Source of the DNA: a virus
Taxonomy: Duplodnaviria; Caudoviricetes
Virus record (IMG/VR): IMGVR_UViG_3300010376_000121
Coordinates: 1-25,805 of that record
DNA: 25,805 bases
Direction: 5' to 3' (one strand)
The position numbers and the translations under genes were made by a program. The stretch's first letter is position 1; every line of letters starts with the position of its first letter. Below are positions 24,007 to 25,805 of this stretch, piece after piece. A model generated the notes under the pieces. The model was not told the DNA's origin. It ran no database searches and saw nothing but the letters and a program-made list of their open reading frames with translations.

Positions 24007-24362
24007 GCCGCCACCTGTTCCTTGTCCGCCTCGCGAAGCAACAGAGTTATGATCTGCTCCTTCTCATCGGTGGATAGGCTAGTGGAATACTCCAACGAAC
24101 CAGAGAGCGCCGAGAACGACCAGCGTCCAGGGAACCCAGTCAGCGGGAAGAAGCGCGCCCGACCGATCGCGAGCCTCGGCTCCCGCCGCCCGCTCTCGTG
24201 CAGGGGGCACTCGTGCGCCGTGGCGAGCAGTCGCGCTTGCGCGCGTGTCAAGCTGACGGTGATAGAGTAACGGAACCACATCTGGACAGCGTCATGTCCG
24301 GGAAGTTCGTAGATGAAGACAGAGCCGCTCTCGAGATAGACTTGGTTGTTTGCGTCGGCCAT
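24003..24362 (-). CDS. Hypothetical protein
   Basis: GAGGAG RBS before ATG 24362, downstream of a clear promoter. Confidence 0.7.
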   Translation of the reverse strand: MADANNQVYLESGSVFIYELPGHDAVQMWFRYSITVSLTRAQARLLATAHECPLHESGRREPRLAIGRARFFPLTGFPGRWSFSALSGSLEYSTSLSTDEKEQIITLLLREADKEQVAA

Positions 24363-24392
24363 TGTGAAGGACTCCTCTCGCGGGTGAGGCGG

Positions 24393-24421
24393 CATATGCG
24401 CCCTTCAGAACGCCGTGTCAA
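24393..24421 (-). promoter_or_regulatory. Sigma70-type early promoter
   Basis: cTTGACA(24421-24416)-17 nt-CATATG(24398-24393). The -10 lacks the final T, as is common in Alphaproteobacteria. Confidence 0.65.
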
Positions 24422-24425
24422 GCGG

Positions 24426-24875
24426 TCACTTGTCAAAGTCGATGATTATTTTTCTCACCCGTCCATCGCCATCGATTTCCGCCTCCACCGGATACATCCC
24501 GTCGCCAAACCCAGTGCCGACAACGACGGCCCGCACTGGCGTCGCACGGTCAGGCGCCTGCGGAATGTTGCTGTATTCGATCGCCCAAGCTTGATCGTGC
24601 TGTTCGGGCAGGTACTTCAAGAATTCCTCATAGTTCGCGCCCAGCTCTTTGCCGATCACGTAGCAGGGGTCGCCGATATAGCAGAGACCCGCGTCTACAC
24701 CGATGTATCCCACGACACGCGTCTCGCGCTTCCGCGACGGCTGGCGGCCAGTCAGTGCCTGCCACTGGTGTGCCTTCCTACTCATGTCTTTTGGCCCTCT
24801 CACAGGAGTCGTCGTGTCGCGCCATATGTTGAACGTGACGCTAGTAATTGCGGGCATTTGGTTTGCTGGTGGCAT
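24426..24875 (-). CDS. DUF4241-like protein (start 24875 or 24785)
   Basis: IGVDAGLCYIGDPCY...VVVGTGFGDGMYPV motif. Confidence 0.7.
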   Translation of the reverse strand: MPPANQMPAITSVTFNIWRDTTTPVRGPKDMSRKAHQWQALTGRQPSRKRETRVVGYIGVDAGLCYIGDPCYVIGKELGANYEEFLKYLPEQHDQAWAIEYSNIPQAPDRATPVRAVVVGTGFGDGMYPVEAEIDGDGRVRKIIIDFDK

Positions 24876-24889
24876 TCTGGTCTCGCTCC

Positions 24890-25471
24890 TCACCCAAAGA
24901 CGGCGACATCGCACAGCGTGGTCAGCTTCCCGTCCGGGCCGCCGACGCCGAACACTTCACAGCCCTCCTGCGCCAGAATCTCGGTGATCACTTCCAGTGC
25001 CAGTCGCAAACGATGCCCCTCGGGCGACGCGGTGTCGGTTTCCGCCGCGGCCTCCTCGAGGACCTGTTGGGCAATCTCTAAGGCCTCGGCCGTGTTCATT
25101 TCGACTGCAATGGGTCTGACCCCTTCGCGGGCAGGGTCAGTCACTGCGAGCCCGCCGATGGAGATAATAATTTCGCCAGCGAGGATATAGCCGCGATTGG
25201 GATTCTCGTTTTCTTCGTCGTCGTGAACTTGCCAGTTTTCACGATTGTCGAGACAGTTTTCCAGCACGTCGCGCGCAATCATGCTGAGATCCATCGGCAG
25301 CGTGAATATCGCCGGATAGACGACATCGTTTGCGTCGGTCGCCTCGATTAATCGCGACAGCCGCTGTGCGGCCCGGATCTCTCGATCGTCGTCCTTCACC
25401 TCGGCCATACCCTCGGCCATGGAGTGATAGATGCCGTGGGCGTTACGGTTTCGTATGAGGATGGTGGTCAT
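24890..25471 (-). CDS. Acidic hypothetical protein
   Basis: AAGGA RBS, ATGA overlap with the upstream gene. Confidence 0.7.
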   Translation of the reverse strand: MTTILIRNRNAHGIYHSMAEGMAEVKDDDREIRAAQRLSRLIEATDANDVVYPAIFTLPMDLSMIARDVLENCLDNRENWQVHDDEENENPNRGYILAGEIIISIGGLAVTDPAREGVRPIAVEMNTAEALEIAQQVLEEAAAETDTASPEGHRLRLALEVITEILAQEGCEVFGVGGPDGKLTTLCDVAVFG

Positions 25472-25683
25472 TGACGAGGTTCCTTTCGCGGTTGGTAAGC
25501 GACATCGGAACGCAACGCTTTTGGGGCTAACTCCGCCACCAGCGTGCAGATGGCGGCCAAGGACACCACCACGTACGGCTCCCCTTTCACGACTCTGGTT
25601 CCGACGTATGTCGCTGGGTCGAGTTCCCGTAGCCGAGCAAGGATGCGCTTTTGGAGTGACCGCGGGATGGTGCCTACCCCCAT
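25468..25683 (-). CDS. Hypothetical protein
   Basis: ATG overlaps the TAA ending the repeat-borne ORF (TAATG), with AAGGGG upstream. Confidence 0.65.
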   Translation of the reverse strand: MGVGTIPRSLQKRILARLRELDPATYVGTRVVKGEPYVVVSLAAICTLVAELAPKALRSDVAYQPRKEPRQ

Positions 25684-25805
25684 TACATACCCCTTGGCTC
25701 GAGGTGCCTGCCGCGCCAGACGAACGGCAGGTCTTCTGCCCTAATTTCCTCCTCCGGGCCGTCGTCCTCGAGCACCCTTGGCTCGGTGGCGCGTTTCCCG
25801 GCCCT
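25683..25805 (-). repeat. Right inverted terminal repeat (123 bp), carries the same 3' gene fragment
   Basis: Exact reverse complement of 1-123. Confidence 0.98.

Larger units (their letters stand above)
1..25805. mobile_element. Small podovirus-like tailed phage genome (complete or near-complete) with inverted terminal repeats
   Basis: TerL-portal-scaffold-MCP-adaptor-nozzle-needle-ejection gene order. No tape measure or tail tube gene. No host housekeeping genes. Ends are reverse complements. Confidence 0.93.

Noticed and set aside
24198-25190. 330-aa plus-strand ORF
   Set aside because: Antisense shadow of three coherent minus-strand genes that have RBSs, a promoter and a DUF4241-like motif.
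1-25805. tRNA, rRNA or known structured ncRNA genes
   Set aside because: No cloverleaf or recognisable conserved RNA motifs seen by eye. Intergenic gaps are very short. A covariance-model scan was not possible.

Overview
The window looks like a complete or near-complete small (~25.8 kb, GC-rich) podovirus-type tailed phage genome bounded by perfect 123-bp inverted terminal repeats (1-123 / 25683-25805). Genes run inward from both ends. The rightward arm (244-19832) carries terminase large subunit, portal, scaffold, major capsid, adaptor, nozzle, a coiled-coil needle, a GNAT-like protein and three ejection proteins. The leftward arm (25683-19707) carries small hypotheticals, a TGT/DpdA-like protein, a RecT/YqaJ recombination pair and HTH proteins. 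I recognise no DNA polymerase, primase, helicase, integrase, protelomerase, endolysin or tailspike. Two things stand out. (1) A tandem array of six tiny (13-39 aa), translationally coupled, acid-free, Arg-rich 'MAR...RRR' protamine-like peptide genes sits inside the tail module (11702-12620), all below the ORF-track cutoff. (2) The inverted repeat is itself the open 3' end of a gene whose stop codon falls exactly at the repeat boundary and is coupled to the next gene on the right arm. This suggests either a longer gene-bearing repeat or an invertible segment missing from the contig. All protein calls are from motif recognition and gene order, not database searches.
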